Below, piece after piece: positions 1 to 10,002 of a stretch of 64,000 nt of DNA. Every line of letters starts with the position of its first letter. Positions within the stretch are counted from its first letter, which is position 1. The translations under genes and the position numbers were made by a program. The stretch comes from Minisyncoccia bacterium (lineage in GTDB: Bacteria; Patescibacteriota; Minisyncoccia; UBA6257; 2-01-FULL-56-20). The stretch covers positions 2,246-66,245 of the forward strand of contig JBEKML010000001.1 of assembly GCA_050008535.1 (NCBI GenBank), in the 5' to 3' direction. A model generated the notes under the pieces. The model saw nothing but the letters and a program-made list of their open reading frames with translations. It was not told where the DNA came from and made no database searches.

Positions 1-1548
1 CATGGGTGATGAACATGCCGTCTTTTTCCCCTCTCTCGTGCGAAACGGTCACTGTTCCAGGGCCGCCCATGTACTTGATCGCGTTCCCTATAAGATTCAC
101 CATCACTTCTTTTATTCGATCGGGGTCGGCCATCACCTTGGGCATGTCCGCGTCGGGTGTATAGACCATGTGCACGGATTTTTCGTCGGCAAGCGACTTT
201 AGCTCGTCAAGGACCGCCCGGATCGGCGGCGCAACGTCGGTCGGCGCCACCTTGATCGTAAGCCGCCCTGCCTCCGACCGCGCCACTTCCAAAAGATCGT
301 TCACCAGCTGCACGAGGCGGTTATCCGAAGCGATCACTTTTTCAATATATGCCCTGGTCGGTTCGGCGATCGTGCCCGTCGTGCCGTCCAAGATCAAAGA
401 AAGATATCCCTTCATCGCAGCGACCGGCGTGCGGAGTTCGTGCGCAGCGACGAAGACGAATTCGTCTTTCAGCACTTCCAGTTGTTTCAGTCCCTGCACC
501 ATATCGTTGAACGAGGTCCCCAAGCTTTCCAGCTCATCCCCCGTCCTGATATATACTCCTTCATTGAAGTCGCCCTGCGCCACGCGCGCGGCGCCTTCCT
601 GCAATTTCTTGATCGGGCGCATAATATAAGCGGCGAGCAGGAACGATGCGACGAGCACGATAAGAAGTACGGCTGCAAGCGTGATCGCGCTCCGCAAAAG
701 AAGATCATTCACGAGGGCGTTCGCCTCGCTCGTGGGCCACTCGGCCACCAATTCCCATCCGAGCGTGGGAAGATACTTTGCGGCCGCAATGACCGCCGCG
801 CCGGAGATATTCCGATAGTTCATTTGCGCGTCGGCAGTAAGAAAATCGTTCCCGACGAACACCTTGCTCGTGGTAGCCGCCGTTCCCGCAATGTTCATCG
901 GCCCGCCGCCGCCGATCACCATTCCTTGAGTATCAACAAGATAAAGGTATCCGGTGGTCCCTATTGTTCCCTCCGCGACGATCGCCTGCGCCTGCGTAAG
1001 GTCCGCACTGCCCGTGATCACTGCCACAACATTGCCCGCGTCGTCTTTCACCGGAGATGAAAATATAACGGAAGGACCGGCGGGCGCATACGAAACGGGA
1101 CCGATATAATAGTTCCCCGTCCGCGCCGCGAGGAACTCGGGCGTGGCGCTCACGTCGCGGAGCTCCGCAGCCGCAAAACCCTGGGGATGCGCACGGTCAA
1201 CGCGCACCGATTCCCTGCCATTTAAGCCAACGAACGACTCAGCCTCGAGAAACGGGAGAAAACGCATGGTCTCGCTTACCGTGAACATCTGCGCCGACGT
1301 GGAATTTTCCACTCCCCCGCCGGAAGGCGTAATGACCCGCGGATGGCCCAAAATATCCCCGATCACATAATCATTGATCTCTTGCGCCTTCTCGTTGAGC
1401 ACCGACGCCTCAAGCCGCGCCACGTCCTCGCGGTGCGAATCATTCACTACGACAATCCCGAGGATCGTTGCGACCACAAGCGGTGCAAGTCCGATAAAGA
1501 TCACCAAAAGGATCCTGTTCCGCAGCTTCCCTTTTGGTACCCGCTTCA
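1..1548 (-). CDS. Sensor histidine kinase, 3'-partial. Start codon at 1546-1548; the C-terminus runs off the window. Architecture: N-terminal TM, periplasmic Cache-like region, second TM, HAMP, HisKA, HATPase_c.
   Basis: Reverse-strand translation reads MKRVPKGKLRNRILLVIFIGLAP... through ...FVAAHELRTPVAAMKGYLSLI (H-box) ...NLIGNAIKY (N-box) to DGMFITH at the window edge. It is not in the ORF track because no stop codon lies inside the window. Confidence 0.75.
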
Positions 1549-1577
1549 TCCTTCTATTCTACTATGTTTACGTTACA

Positions 1578-2327
1578 ATGAATCGTATGGTGGATATTCT
1601 TACCGTCTCCGATGTCAGCGTCGCTTTCGGCGACGAAACGGCCATTGATCGCATTAGCCTTTCGCTCGGGGCGGGCGATGCCCTTGCGATCATAGGCCCG
1701 AACGGCGCCGGGAAAAGCGTCTTCCTCCGCACACTCCTCGGCACGGTCCCCTACCGCGGCACGATCACGTGGGCTCCCGATACGCGCATCGGCTACGTGC
1801 CGCAAAAAATAGATGCCGACCGGCATCTGCCCGTCAATTTCCGCAACCTGCTCACCGCAAAGGCAGCGCTCCTCGCGCTCACCAAAAAGGATGTTGATAC
1901 GGTTGTGAAGGCAGTCGGCCTTGATGTAAAAATAATGGAAACTTCCGTGGGACATCTTTCCGGAGGCCAGTTCCAGCGCGCGCTCATCGCTTTCGCGCTC
2001 CTTGGGAAGCCGAACGTGCTCATCCTTGACGAGCCGACGGCAAGCATCGACAAGCCCGGCGAGGAACAAATGTACGAACTCGTCCATCGCCTTCAGGATC
2101 AATATGCGATGACCGTCATTCTTGTTTCCCATGACCTAAGTTTCGTCTACCGCTACGCCACTAAGGTGCTTTGCTTGAACAAAACCGGCCTCTGCTTCGG
2201 CGCACCCGAAGAGGCGCTCATGCCGAAAATATTGGAAGAACTCTACGGCTCGCACAAATATTTCCACTACTTCCACCATCCAAGCGAACGCCACCCGGAC
2301 AAAGACCGGGCAAATCACCATGAATAG
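1578..2327 (+). CDS. Metal (Zn/Mn-type) ABC transporter ATP-binding protein, ZnuC-like. The internal ATG at 1578 is used rather than the upstream extension that overlaps the kinase gene.
   Basis: Walker A GPNGAGKS, signature LSGGQFQR, Walker B LILDEPT, and a His-rich C-terminal tail (HYFHHPSERHPDKDRANHHE) typical of ZnuC/MntB-type ATPases. Confidence 0.8.
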   Translation: MNRMVDILTVSDVSVAFGDETAIDRISLSLGAGDALAIIGPNGAGKSVFLRTLLGTVPYRGTITWAPDTRIGYVPQKIDADRHLPVNFRNLLTAKAALLALTKKDVDTVVKAVGLDVKIMETSVGHLSGGQFQRALIAFALLGKPNVLILDEPTASIDKPGEEQMYELVHRLQDQYAMTVILVSHDLSFVYRYATKVLCLNKTGLCFGAPEEALMPKILEELYGSHKYFHYFHHPSERHPDKDRANHHE

Positions 2328-3084
2328 CGCTCTTTCTGTCATCCTCGCCGTTTTCGCCGCCGCTGCCGCAGGGCTCGTCGGTTCCTTCGCTTTAATGAAG
2401 CGGACCATCCTCGCGGGCGACGTGATGTCGCACATCGCGATCCCCGGCCTCGGCCTTGCGGTCATCTGGAGGATCAACCCGCTCGTGGGCGGCGGGCTCA
2501 CTTTATTCGCCGGCATACTTCTTATTTGGCATCTTCAGAAAAGCACGGAGTTGTCTGCCGAGGCCGCGATCGGCGTCGTCTTCGCGTCGTCGGTGGCGCT
2601 CGGGGCGCTCCTTATCCACTCCACCGAGGATCTTGTGGATGCCCTCTTTGGCGGGTTCGGGAATTTATCAATAGGAGAGTTTGTATTCGGCATGGCAATG
2701 AGCATCGCGATCATCGCGGCGCTCTGGTTCTTGCGCAACCGGTTGATCGTCACCCTCTTCTCGTCCGAGCTCGCGAGTTCCGCAGGCGTGAATGTGAATG
2801 CCGCGAATCTCTGGTTCCTTCTTCTCTTCGGCCTCGCCATTCTCGTCTCGCTGCGCTTCCTGGGCGCCCTTCTGGTCGGCTCGCTCATTATCATCCCCGC
2901 CGCCGCCGCGCGGCAGCTCACCCATTCGCTCGGATGGTTCCTCGCGATCTCAATGGCGCTCTCTGTGGCCGCCATGCTCATCGGATTTTATCTCTCCGCC
3001 CAATATGGACTTGCCCAAGGGCCTACGATCGTCGTCGTCGCGGCAGCACTTTTCGTTTTAAGTTTGTTTAAGAAGAAAGAGTAA
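2320..3084 (+). CDS. Metal ABC transporter permease (ABC-3 family, ZnuB-like). Overlaps the preceding ATPase gene by 8 nt, consistent with an operon.
   Basis: 254-aa polytopic membrane protein (8-9 TM segments) with typical ABC-3 permease sequence character; translationally coupled to the upstream ATPase. Confidence 0.75.
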   Translation: MNSALSVILAVFAAAAAGLVGSFALMKRTILAGDVMSHIAIPGLGLAVIWRINPLVGGGLTLFAGILLIWHLQKSTELSAEAAIGVVFASSVALGALLIHSTEDLVDALFGGFGNLSIGEFVFGMAMSIAIIAALWFLRNRLIVTLFSSELASSAGVNVNAANLWFLLLFGLAILVSLRFLGALLVGSLIIIPAAAARQLTHSLGWFLAISMALSVAAMLIGFYLSAQYGLAQGPTIVVVAAALFVLSLFKKKE

Positions 3085-3119
3085 GCTCTTCCTTATTCGA
3101 TTTCTTTCGCACAAATGAA

Positions 3120-3185
3120 GCTAGCAAGAAGACGGTTTGAAAAGAGCCCTTCTTAGTACTCTTTTCAAACCGTCTTCTTGCTAGC
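3120..3185. repeat. Conserved-loop hairpin, copy 1. A 27-bp perfect stem (3120-3146 pairs with 3159-3185) carries a 12-nt loop CCCTTCTTAGTA. It sits between convergent znuB-like (+) and tRNA-Gly (-), 5 nt past the tRNA 3' end.
   Basis: Left arm gctagcaagaagacggtttgaaaagag is the exact reverse complement of the right arm. The same loop sequence recurs in five other hairpins in this window whose stems are unrelated. Confidence 0.85.
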
Positions 3186-3190
3186 CAATG

Positions 3191-3261
3191 AGCGGGTGAA
3201 GGGAATCGAACCCTCGTCTATAGCTTGGGAAGCTACCGTACTGCCACTGTACTACACCCGC
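3191..3261 (-). tRNA. tRNA-Gly(CCC). No CCA is encoded.
   Basis: Reverse complement GCGGGTG-TA-GTAC-AGTGGCA-GTAC-G-GTAGC-TTCCCAA-GCTAT-AGAC-GAGGG-TTCGATT-CCCTT-CACCCGC-T gives a cloverleaf with 7-bp acceptor, GG in the D-loop, TTCGATT T-loop and anticodon CCC. Confidence 0.85.
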
Positions 3262-3288
3262 GACACAGATATTGTAAGCCAATCTTCT

Positions 3289-3954
3289 TTAATCTTCAAC
3301 GAGCGGCACAAAACTGAAACCGTGATATTCTCGCCGTTTGAAATCCCCTTTTTCTGCTTTTTGTAAAACCACCATGCTTTCCCTCGCCGGCGCAACGATC
3401 TTTCCGCCCGCGCGAAGTTCGTTTTTCCATGCCGGAGGGATATCGTCGCCTGCGGCCGCAGCGATGATCTTGTCATAGGGAGCGTCCGCCGCATATCCCT
3501 TTGAACCGTCGCCCAAAATCACTCGCACGATGCCGCTTTTTATAAAACCGTATTTCCCCACATTGGCCTCGGTCATTGTTTTGAGTTCGGGGATCCGCTC
3601 CACCGCCGTCACGTGGCCTTTTTCACCTACAAGATGTGCAAGCAAGGCGGTCTGCCATCCCGAACCGGAGCCGATGTCCAAAATCTTCTCTCCCGCGCGC
3701 GGGGCGAGAAGTTCAAGCATGAAAGCGACAGTAAGCGGCTGGGAAACGGTCTGTCCGAAACCGATGGGCAGCGGATAGTTGCCGTACGCCTCGCGCGCGA
3801 ATTCCGGCAAAACGAAGTCATTGCGATCAATCTCACGGAACGCCCGGATGATCGCCGGCGTCTTTAAATATCCGCCTCGTATCAAACCTTCTACAAGATC
3901 GTTGAATGCCTTATTCACCGGTCGTCGTTGCCGTGGATGTTTCCGCCGGAACAA
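3289..3954 (-). CDS. pcm: Protein-L-isoaspartate O-methyltransferase (Pcm). The true start is probably the GTG at 3918, which would remove the overlap with the upstream ftsB-like gene.
   Basis: Motifs VSQPLTVAFMLELL, ILDIGSGSGW (SAM-binding) and LGDG are typical of PIMT. Confidence 0.75.
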   Translation of the reverse strand: MFRRKHPRQRRPVNKAFNDLVEGLIRGGYLKTPAIIRAFREIDRNDFVLPEFAREAYGNYPLPIGFGQTVSQPLTVAFMLELLAPRAGEKILDIGSGSGWQTALLAHLVGEKGHVTAVERIPELKTMTEANVGKYGFIKSGIVRVILGDGSKGYAADAPYDKIIAAAAGDDIPPAWKNELRAGGKIVAPARESMVVLQKAEKGDFKRREYHGFSFVPLVED

Positions 3955-4204
3955 TAACGATCATCGTCTCGCCGGGTTTTTTATAGTTGAACCGCGCACG
4001 CAATTCTTTTTCCAAATTGAGCGGATTTGCAAGATATTGCACTTCCGACTGTAGATTTGCTTCGTCATACTGCGCCTTGGTAAGGCGCGTCTCAATATCG
4101 GCGAGGGCGGTACTCAACTGCCTTTCCTGTATGAAAAACCCGTAGACCCGCACCCCTACCGCTACAAGAACAATAAGGAGGATTATCGCTCCCACGATCT
4201 TCAT
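3911..4204 (-). CDS. Septum formation initiator (FtsB/DivIC-like) small bitopic protein.
   Basis: 97 aa with an N-terminal TM (IVGAIILLIVLVAVGV) followed by a coiled-coil region, as in FtsB/FtsL-family divisome proteins. Confidence 0.5.
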   Translation of the reverse strand: MKIVGAIILLIVLVAVGVRVYGFFIQERQLSTALADIETRLTKAQYDEANLQSEVQYLANPLNLEKELRARFNYKKPGETMIVIVPAETSTATTTGE

Positions 4205-4220
4205 TGCCTTCAGTGTACCA

Positions 4221-6035
4221 TCACTTCTTCAAAATTTCCCGGAACACCTCCGGCGAGAGCTCCACGCGCGCCATGCTCTGCAGTTTTTCCTTGCCGCGCT
4301 TTTGTTTTTTCCACAACTTCATCTTCCGCGTGCGGTCGCCGCCGGTCTTCCCGAAGCTGCCGAGCAGTTTTTTCATCGCGGGGATCGTTTCGCGCGCAAT
4401 GATGCGGCCAAGCGCCTTTGCCTGCAAGGCCTGCGTAAATTGCTGTTTCGGCAGGAGTTCTTTCAGCCGTTCCACCGTCTGCCGTCCTTCGCGTTCTATG
4501 TCTTTTTTCGGTACGATGCGCGTAAGCGCGGGGACCACTTCGTCCACGATCAATATCTCCAGCTTCTCCACTTCTGCTTCCTGCTCTCCCGCAAGCTCGT
4601 AGGTAAAGGAGGCGTATCCCTGCGAGACCGATTTCAGCCGGTCGTCAAAATCGCGGATCAATTCGCGGAGCGGCATCTTCGCAGACAGCAAAAGATTCTC
4701 GCCGATGTTTTTCACCTGTGCGATTTCAAGATCAAAAACAGTTTGCAGATTTACGACGGCGCTCAAATATTTTTGCGGCGTGAGCATTTCAAGGTCCACG
4801 ACCGGTTCCCACACTTTCTCCGGCTTGTCGGGAAAATCCTGCGGCTGCTTGACCATCTTCACTATGCCGCGATCCTGCACCCGGTAAGCAATGGAGGGAA
4901 AGCTCGTCAAAAACGAAAGATTGTATTCGCGCTCCAAGCGGCTTGAAGTGATCTCAAAATGCAGTTGGCCCAAAAAACCGACCTTCAATCCCCTGCCGAG
5001 TGCTTCGTTCGCATCCGGCTCAAAATGCAACGCAGCATCGTTCAATCGCAATTTTTCAAACGCGCGCTTCAGATCGTCGAATTTCGTGTCGCCGTCCGGA
5101 TAAAAAGAAATGAAAACGACCGGGGTCGGTTCCCGATACCCGGGCAATGCAAGCGTAGCGCGATCCGGCTTCCCGTCGCGGGCCGCAAGAACAGTATCGC
5201 CAATTTTGACGAGCGACGGTTCTTTCAGCCCGGTCGCAAGGTAGCCGATCTCGCCGCTCGCGATCATGGGCGCAGCTTTGAGGTCCGGCGTAAAATAACC
5301 GACCTCTTTCGGTTTGAACTCGGCGCCGGTCATGATGAACCTCATGTTTTCCGTCCTGAACTCGCCGCCGAACACGCGCACGAACGCGATGATACCCTTG
5401 TGATCGTCATAGAGCGAATCAAAAATGAGCGCCCTTGCCGCGCGGGCGGCATCTTTCCGCCCCGCCGTTTCGTTTTCGTGCGGCGGCGGCACGAGCCGGA
5501 CCACTTCATCCAATAATTCCTTCACCCCCGCGCCAGTCTTCGCGGAAACGCGGAACACGCTTTCCGCGGGCACATTCAAAAGCTCCGCTACCGACTCCAC
5601 CGTTTTCTCAAGATGCGGCAGCGCAAGATCAATCTTGTTCACGGCAGGGATGATCTTCAAGCCAGCTTTTTGTGCCGAACGCAGATTGGAGAGCGTCTGC
5701 GCCTGGATGCCCTTTCCGCCGTCAATTAAAATGATCGCGCCCTCCACCGCCGCGAGCGCGCGTGAAACCTCGTAGGAAAAATCCGAGTGGCCCGGCGTGT
5801 CGATCAGATTCAAGACATATTCTGCGCCGTCCATCCGGTACGCCATCCGCACCGGCGCCATTTTGATCGTGATCCCCCGTTCGCGCTCCAGCGGCAGCCG
5901 GTCCAGATACTGCGCGCGCATGGAACGCATGGGCACTGTTCCCGTGATCTCCAAAAGACGGTCGGCGAGCGTGGACTTGCCCGAATCGATGTGGGCAATG
6001 ATCACGAAGTTCCTTACGCGCGACGAATCTTCCAT
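4221..6035 (-). CDS. lepA: Elongation factor 4 (LepA). The ATG at 6035 is preferred over the GTG at 6050.
   Basis: N-terminus RNFVIIAHIDSGKSTLADRLLE with the GTPase G1-G4 motifs and the LepA-specific C-terminal domain; 604 aa. Confidence 0.9.
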   Translation of the reverse strand: MEDSSRVRNFVIIAHIDSGKSTLADRLLEITGTVPMRSMRAQYLDRLPLERERGITIKMAPVRMAYRMDGAEYVLNLIDTPGHSDFSYEVSRALAAVEGAIILIDGGKGIQAQTLSNLRSAQKAGLKIIPAVNKIDLALPHLEKTVESVAELLNVPAESVFRVSAKTGAGVKELLDEVVRLVPPPHENETAGRKDAARAARALIFDSLYDDHKGIIAFVRVFGGEFRTENMRFIMTGAEFKPKEVGYFTPDLKAAPMIASGEIGYLATGLKEPSLVKIGDTVLAARDGKPDRATLALPGYREPTPVVFISFYPDGDTKFDDLKRAFEKLRLNDAALHFEPDANEALGRGLKVGFLGQLHFEITSSRLEREYNLSFLTSFPSIAYRVQDRGIVKMVKQPQDFPDKPEKVWEPVVDLEMLTPQKYLSAVVNLQTVFDLEIAQVKNIGENLLLSAKMPLRELIRDFDDRLKSVSQGYASFTYELAGEQEAEVEKLEILIVDEVVPALTRIVPKKDIEREGRQTVERLKELLPKQQFTQALQAKALGRIIARETIPAMKKLLGSFGKTGGDRTRKMKLWKKQKRGKEKLQSMARVELSPEVFREILKK

Positions 6036-6050
6036 TACGTCACTATGCAC

Positions 6051-8003
6051 TTAAAGCGATTGCAGCGTCAAATTGACGACGAGCCGCCCGGGTGGATCAT
6101 CGGATTCGTATGCGTACGATGCAATGCCGTTCTCGGCAAACACATAGCCCAACGGGGCATCAATCTCATAGGAATAGTGCCGCTTCGTGCCCGCCTGTTT
6201 TTCAAACACAAACTGGTACTGCACGCCCGCTGCTGGCGGCAGGAACAAGCGGTGCGTGTAATCAAGCGAAAATTGCGTGGAAGCGCCGGCCTTCACGGTG
6301 GACCACGTCGTAAACACCCTCGCGCCCGATTCCTCGTGCCATGCCACGCCGGGATACGCAAAGAGGGTCTGCTCGGTTGATTCGACGGAGGATACCAGGG
6401 GGTCGGTGCTATAACCGCTTTTTGCATAATTGATAGGCGGCACGATCTTTTTTTGAACGGTCCCCGAAGCGTTCGTGAGCGTAGTCCCCGGGGGGACGAA
6501 CACTTGCGCATAATCTTGGTTGGTCGTTTTATACCACCAATACGGGCTCTTTGCGCCATTGTGCCTGCGGGTAACGACTACGTGGCTCGTCATCGTGCCG
6601 TCCGGATTGATCCGTCCGGTGTAGGAAAGAGTACTCGATACATACAGGTCGGATTTCCCGCCGTTCACGTTCGCGTCCACCAGGGCGAGGTAATCGCCAT
6701 TAAATCGCTGCGGGAATTCGTACACCGCGCCCGAGGCGCCGTAGGCGCCAAGAAGATCTTCCATCGCCTGGTCCTTGAAATAGACCATGATCTCTTTTTT
6801 TGCCGCCCAATCAAGCGCCATGGCAAGCAGCGCCTGCCGTTCATCGCTTGTTGTTGAAGCAAGCTTTGCGAAGAGCGCCCGCGAGAGATCGCGGAGGACC
6901 TGCTTTGGATAGGTTGCGGAAGTCGCCTGGCCGCTTTGAACGATTTTCTGGATTTGAACAAGAAAATTGTCGGCGGCGAAAGTGGTGGTGGGTTTCCCGA
7001 TCGCAACCGGCCCCACAATGGACAAAAGATCGTTTATCACCCTCGGCGTTATCGCCACCACGCCGTCAAAGGTCGTGGAGGTTTTCGCGTAAAGGTCTGA
7101 CTCTTCAAAAAAAGCGGTGGTCTTTGAGGCCGAGGTGGGAAAATCAAAAAACCAGTTCGCGTCCGCGGGCCGCCACTTTGTGATCTCAAGCTGCAGCGGC
7201 TTCGGCGGAACGATCTTCCGGTTGAACGCCGTATCCGCGTCCGCAATGTCGTGCACGGCGATGTCCGTGATGGTGCCGCTCGCAAGCGTCACATCGGCAT
7301 AACTTCCCAAGAACCCCCCCGCCGGACGGATCTCCGAGGGATTTTCAAGCAATACAAGAAGATGGTGTGTGCCGGGATCCGCAAGCCACGGCACGAAGGC
7401 ATCGAGGAAATTCTCCGCACTCTTAATTTGTGATTTAAGCGAAAGATAAAAATCCCCAACACCCGCGGGCGAAAGATTGCCCGCAAAAGAAGCGACGCTC
7501 GACAATTGGTCGCTTTCGGCATTAATGGCACCGAGGGTATCGCGCAAACGGCCGAGGTCGGCAATGAGCGGTCCGCCCGCGCCGGTCACGAAAAAATCGA
7601 AAGAGCTCGAGGCAACGTCGCCCATCTCTTGCGAAAAGAACACAAGCTGGGCCGAAAGGTTGGAGAGCGACCCGATGGAAGAAAACGCCTTTTGCGCCGC
7701 CGAGAGATCGAGGCCCTGAAGGTCTGACACCCCCGTGCGCAACAATCCAAAATCTTTTGAAACCGAAACGGCCATTTCCCCGCGGATGACGAGGAATGAA
7801 ACCAAAGACCCGCCGATAAAAAGCACCACGAGCCCAAAAATTCCCCAAAGGATGCCCTTGGGAAGCGGGGTGCGCGGTTCTTCGTGAACTTTTTCCAACG
7901 CTTCGTCTTTCGGCTCCCGCTTGATCACCCTCACAAGTTCATCGGGACGAACATCGTCATCTCTTTTTGGCGGCATCTGCAGCATAATTCCATTATACGG
8001 CAT
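6051..8003 (-). CDS. Membrane-anchored hypothetical protein, DUF4012-like (cell-envelope associated).
   Basis: 650 aa: N-terminal cytoplasmic stretch, a single TM (GILWGIFGLVVLFIGGSLVSFLVI), then a large extracytoplasmic domain. Size and architecture resemble the DUF4012 family; no catalytic motif was recognised. Confidence 0.4.
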   Translation of the reverse strand: MPYNGIMLQMPPKRDDDVRPDELVRVIKREPKDEALEKVHEEPRTPLPKGILWGIFGLVVLFIGGSLVSFLVIRGEMAVSVSKDFGLLRTGVSDLQGLDLSAAQKAFSSIGSLSNLSAQLVFFSQEMGDVASSSFDFFVTGAGGPLIADLGRLRDTLGAINAESDQLSSVASFAGNLSPAGVGDFYLSLKSQIKSAENFLDAFVPWLADPGTHHLLVLLENPSEIRPAGGFLGSYADVTLASGTITDIAVHDIADADTAFNRKIVPPKPLQLEITKWRPADANWFFDFPTSASKTTAFFEESDLYAKTSTTFDGVVAITPRVINDLLSIVGPVAIGKPTTTFAADNFLVQIQKIVQSGQATSATYPKQVLRDLSRALFAKLASTTSDERQALLAMALDWAAKKEIMVYFKDQAMEDLLGAYGASGAVYEFPQRFNGDYLALVDANVNGGKSDLYVSSTLSYTGRINPDGTMTSHVVVTRRHNGAKSPYWWYKTTNQDYAQVFVPPGTTLTNASGTVQKKIVPPINYAKSGYSTDPLVSSVESTEQTLFAYPGVAWHEESGARVFTTWSTVKAGASTQFSLDYTHRLFLPPAAGVQYQFVFEKQAGTKRHYSYEIDAPLGYVFAENGIASYAYESDDPPGRLVVNLTLQSL

Positions 8004-8033
8004 TTCCCCTCGCTGCCTGCTATAATAAAAACA
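8004..8033. promoter_or_regulatory. Compact 30-nt bidirectional promoter region between divergent genes. It reads TATAAT on the + strand and TATTAT on the - strand across the same AT-rich core.
   Basis: ctgctataataaaaacaATG precedes the + gene. On the other strand tattatagcaggcagcgaggggaaATG carries a GAGGGG SD for the - gene. Confidence 0.4.
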
Positions 8034-9980
8034 ATGTTCAAAAAAACCTCCTCGTGCCTCGCTTGGTGGACCCTTGCCTTGATCGCTCTCACTGCTTTTT
8101 CTCTCATGTTATGGGCGTCCCGCACTGATTCGGCTATTATGGACGAGCTCGCACACATTCCGGCGGGCTACGGCTACGTGCATAACCTGGATTACCGCCT
8201 GAACCCGGAACATCCCCCGCTCGTAAAAGCGCTCGCGATGCTGCCTGTGCTCTTCCTGCAGCCGAATTTCCCGGCAGCGAGCGACGCGTGGCAGAACCAG
8301 ATAAACGCACAATGGGACGTCGGCGCGCAGTTCCTCTACCAATCCGGCAATAATGCGAACGAAATCATCCAAACCGCGCGCATTTTCCCGATCTTGATCA
8401 CTTTGCTTGTCCTTCTTTTTATCTATCTTCTTGCGCGCGGCATTATGGGTAATTGGTGGGCGCTTCTGCCCGCCGCGCTTTTCGCACTTGATCCCACCGT
8501 GCTTGCACAGGGGCATTACGTGACGACAGACCTCGGCGCCGCATTTGGTGTCATCTTCGCTACTTATTATTTTCTAAAATTTGTTGAATCGCCTTCTACA
8601 AAGCATCTCTGGTTCGCCGGCCTTTCTTTCGGCGTAGCGCAGATCACGAAATTTTCCGCGCCGTTCCTCGTGCCGCTTTTCGTTTTTCTCACATTCGTGC
8701 TCTGGCTCCGCAATATCATCGTTGAACACGGCACCATGGAGCGTTCGCGGCGATTCAAGATATTTTTAACGCGCGGCCTTCGATGGATCTGGCGACTCAT
8801 CCTTGTTTTTGCGATCGGCTACGTCTTCATCGTCTATCCAATCTACTTCCTTTTCACAGCCAATTATCCCATCGCAAAACAGGTATCGGACGCGCAATTC
8901 ATCTTGGGTTCGTTCGCGAACGGCCCCACGCCCGCGGGGACGCACTGCGCGGGCATACGCTGCCTTGCCGATCTTGATATCTGGATGGCAAAAAGTCCTG
9001 TGCTCCGCCCGCTCGCGGAATATATGCTCGGCATCCTTATGGTGTTCCAGCGCTCTGCCGGCGGGAACACGATCTATTTCCTGGGCGAAGTCCGCGGCGC
9101 CGGCGGCCCGGCATATTTCCCGCTTCTTTTCCTTCTCAAAGAACCCGTCCCCACCCTTATCATCGTCCTTGCGGCGCTTATCCTCGCCGCCTGGTGGATG
9201 ATCCGCCGCGATCCCCGCGACGGCCGGAGGCGCGGGCAACGGATCCTTGATTACCTTGGCGTGAATTTCCCGGAATTTTCCATGGCGTCGTTCATCGTCC
9301 TCTATTGGGGCTACAGCATGCAAAGCCCCTTGAACATCGGCCTCCGCCATCTTATGCCGACCATTCCCTTTGTTTACATTCTCGCTGCAGGCGTCTGGAA
9401 AAAGTGGGTTACCCGCATTAACTTCCCCGGAGGAGAGCTTACCATTGCCTTGATCGGCGCCGCCGCAAAATCATTCGCACGCGGGAGCATCAAATACCTC
9501 TTCCTCGTAGCGCTCATTCTCTGGCTTTTTCTTGAAACGCTTTTTGCCGCGCCGTATTTCCTCTCTTATTTCAACGAGTTCGGCGGCGGCATTTGGAACG
9601 GCTACCACTGGGTGACCGATTCCAACTACGATTGGGGGCAGGACCTCCTCCGGTTGCAGTCGTGGGCCGTGGCACACCCGGAAGCGGACAAGATCGCAGT
9701 GGATTACTTCGGCGGAGGAAATCCCTCGTACACGCTGGGCGGCAAGGAAGTAAATTGGTGGGCATCGCGCGGGAATCCGAGCGATCAAGGCATCCACTGG
9801 CTCGCCGTTTCCGTGAATACGCTTGAGGGTGCGATCCAGCCGCTCGCGCCCGGGCAAGTGCGCAACGCCTCCGACACCTACTCCTGGCTCACGGCGCTTC
9901 GGCCGGCCGGCGCCGGCATGGGCAATGTTCCCGCGCCCGATGACCGGGCGGGCACGTCGATCTTCATTTATCATCTCTAA
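8034..9980 (+). CDS. Glycosyltransferase family 39 (ArnT/PMT-like, lipid-carrier-dependent) polytopic membrane protein. The start is taken at ATG 8034, not the upstream in-frame extension.
   Basis: About 12 TM segments and the conserved periplasmic-loop motif NPEHPPLVK near the N-terminus, as in ArnT/PMT family enzymes. Confidence 0.65.
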   Translation: MFKKTSSCLAWWTLALIALTAFSLMLWASRTDSAIMDELAHIPAGYGYVHNLDYRLNPEHPPLVKALAMLPVLFLQPNFPAASDAWQNQINAQWDVGAQFLYQSGNNANEIIQTARIFPILITLLVLLFIYLLARGIMGNWWALLPAALFALDPTVLAQGHYVTTDLGAAFGVIFATYYFLKFVESPSTKHLWFAGLSFGVAQITKFSAPFLVPLFVFLTFVLWLRNIIVEHGTMERSRRFKIFLTRGLRWIWRLILVFAIGYVFIVYPIYFLFTANYPIAKQVSDAQFILGSFANGPTPAGTHCAGIRCLADLDIWMAKSPVLRPLAEYMLGILMVFQRSAGGNTIYFLGEVRGAGGPAYFPLLFLLKEPVPTLIIVLAALILAAWWMIRRDPRDGRRRGQRILDYLGVNFPEFSMASFIVLYWGYSMQSPLNIGLRHLMPTIPFVYILAAGVWKKWVTRINFPGGELTIALIGAAAKSFARGSIKYLFLVALILWLFLETLFAAPYFLSYFNEFGGGIWNGYHWVTDSNYDWGQDLLRLQSWAVAHPEADKIAVDYFGGGNPSYTLGGKEVNWWASRGNPSDQGIHWLAVSVNTLEGAIQPLAPGQVRNASDTYSWLTALRPAGAGMGNVPAPDDRAGTSIFIYHL

Positions 9981-10002
9981 AAAGAGTCTTTTGACTTCCC
10001 TA

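Noticed and set aside
168-1060. Plus-strand ORFs 168-629 and 440-1060, and the long N-terminal extension of ORF 1374-2327.
   Set aside because: They are shadow frames opposite the minus-strand histidine kinase gene, which is absent from the track only because its stop lies outside the window. Low-complexity Ser/Ala/Arg-rich translations are typical of antisense GC-rich coding DNA.
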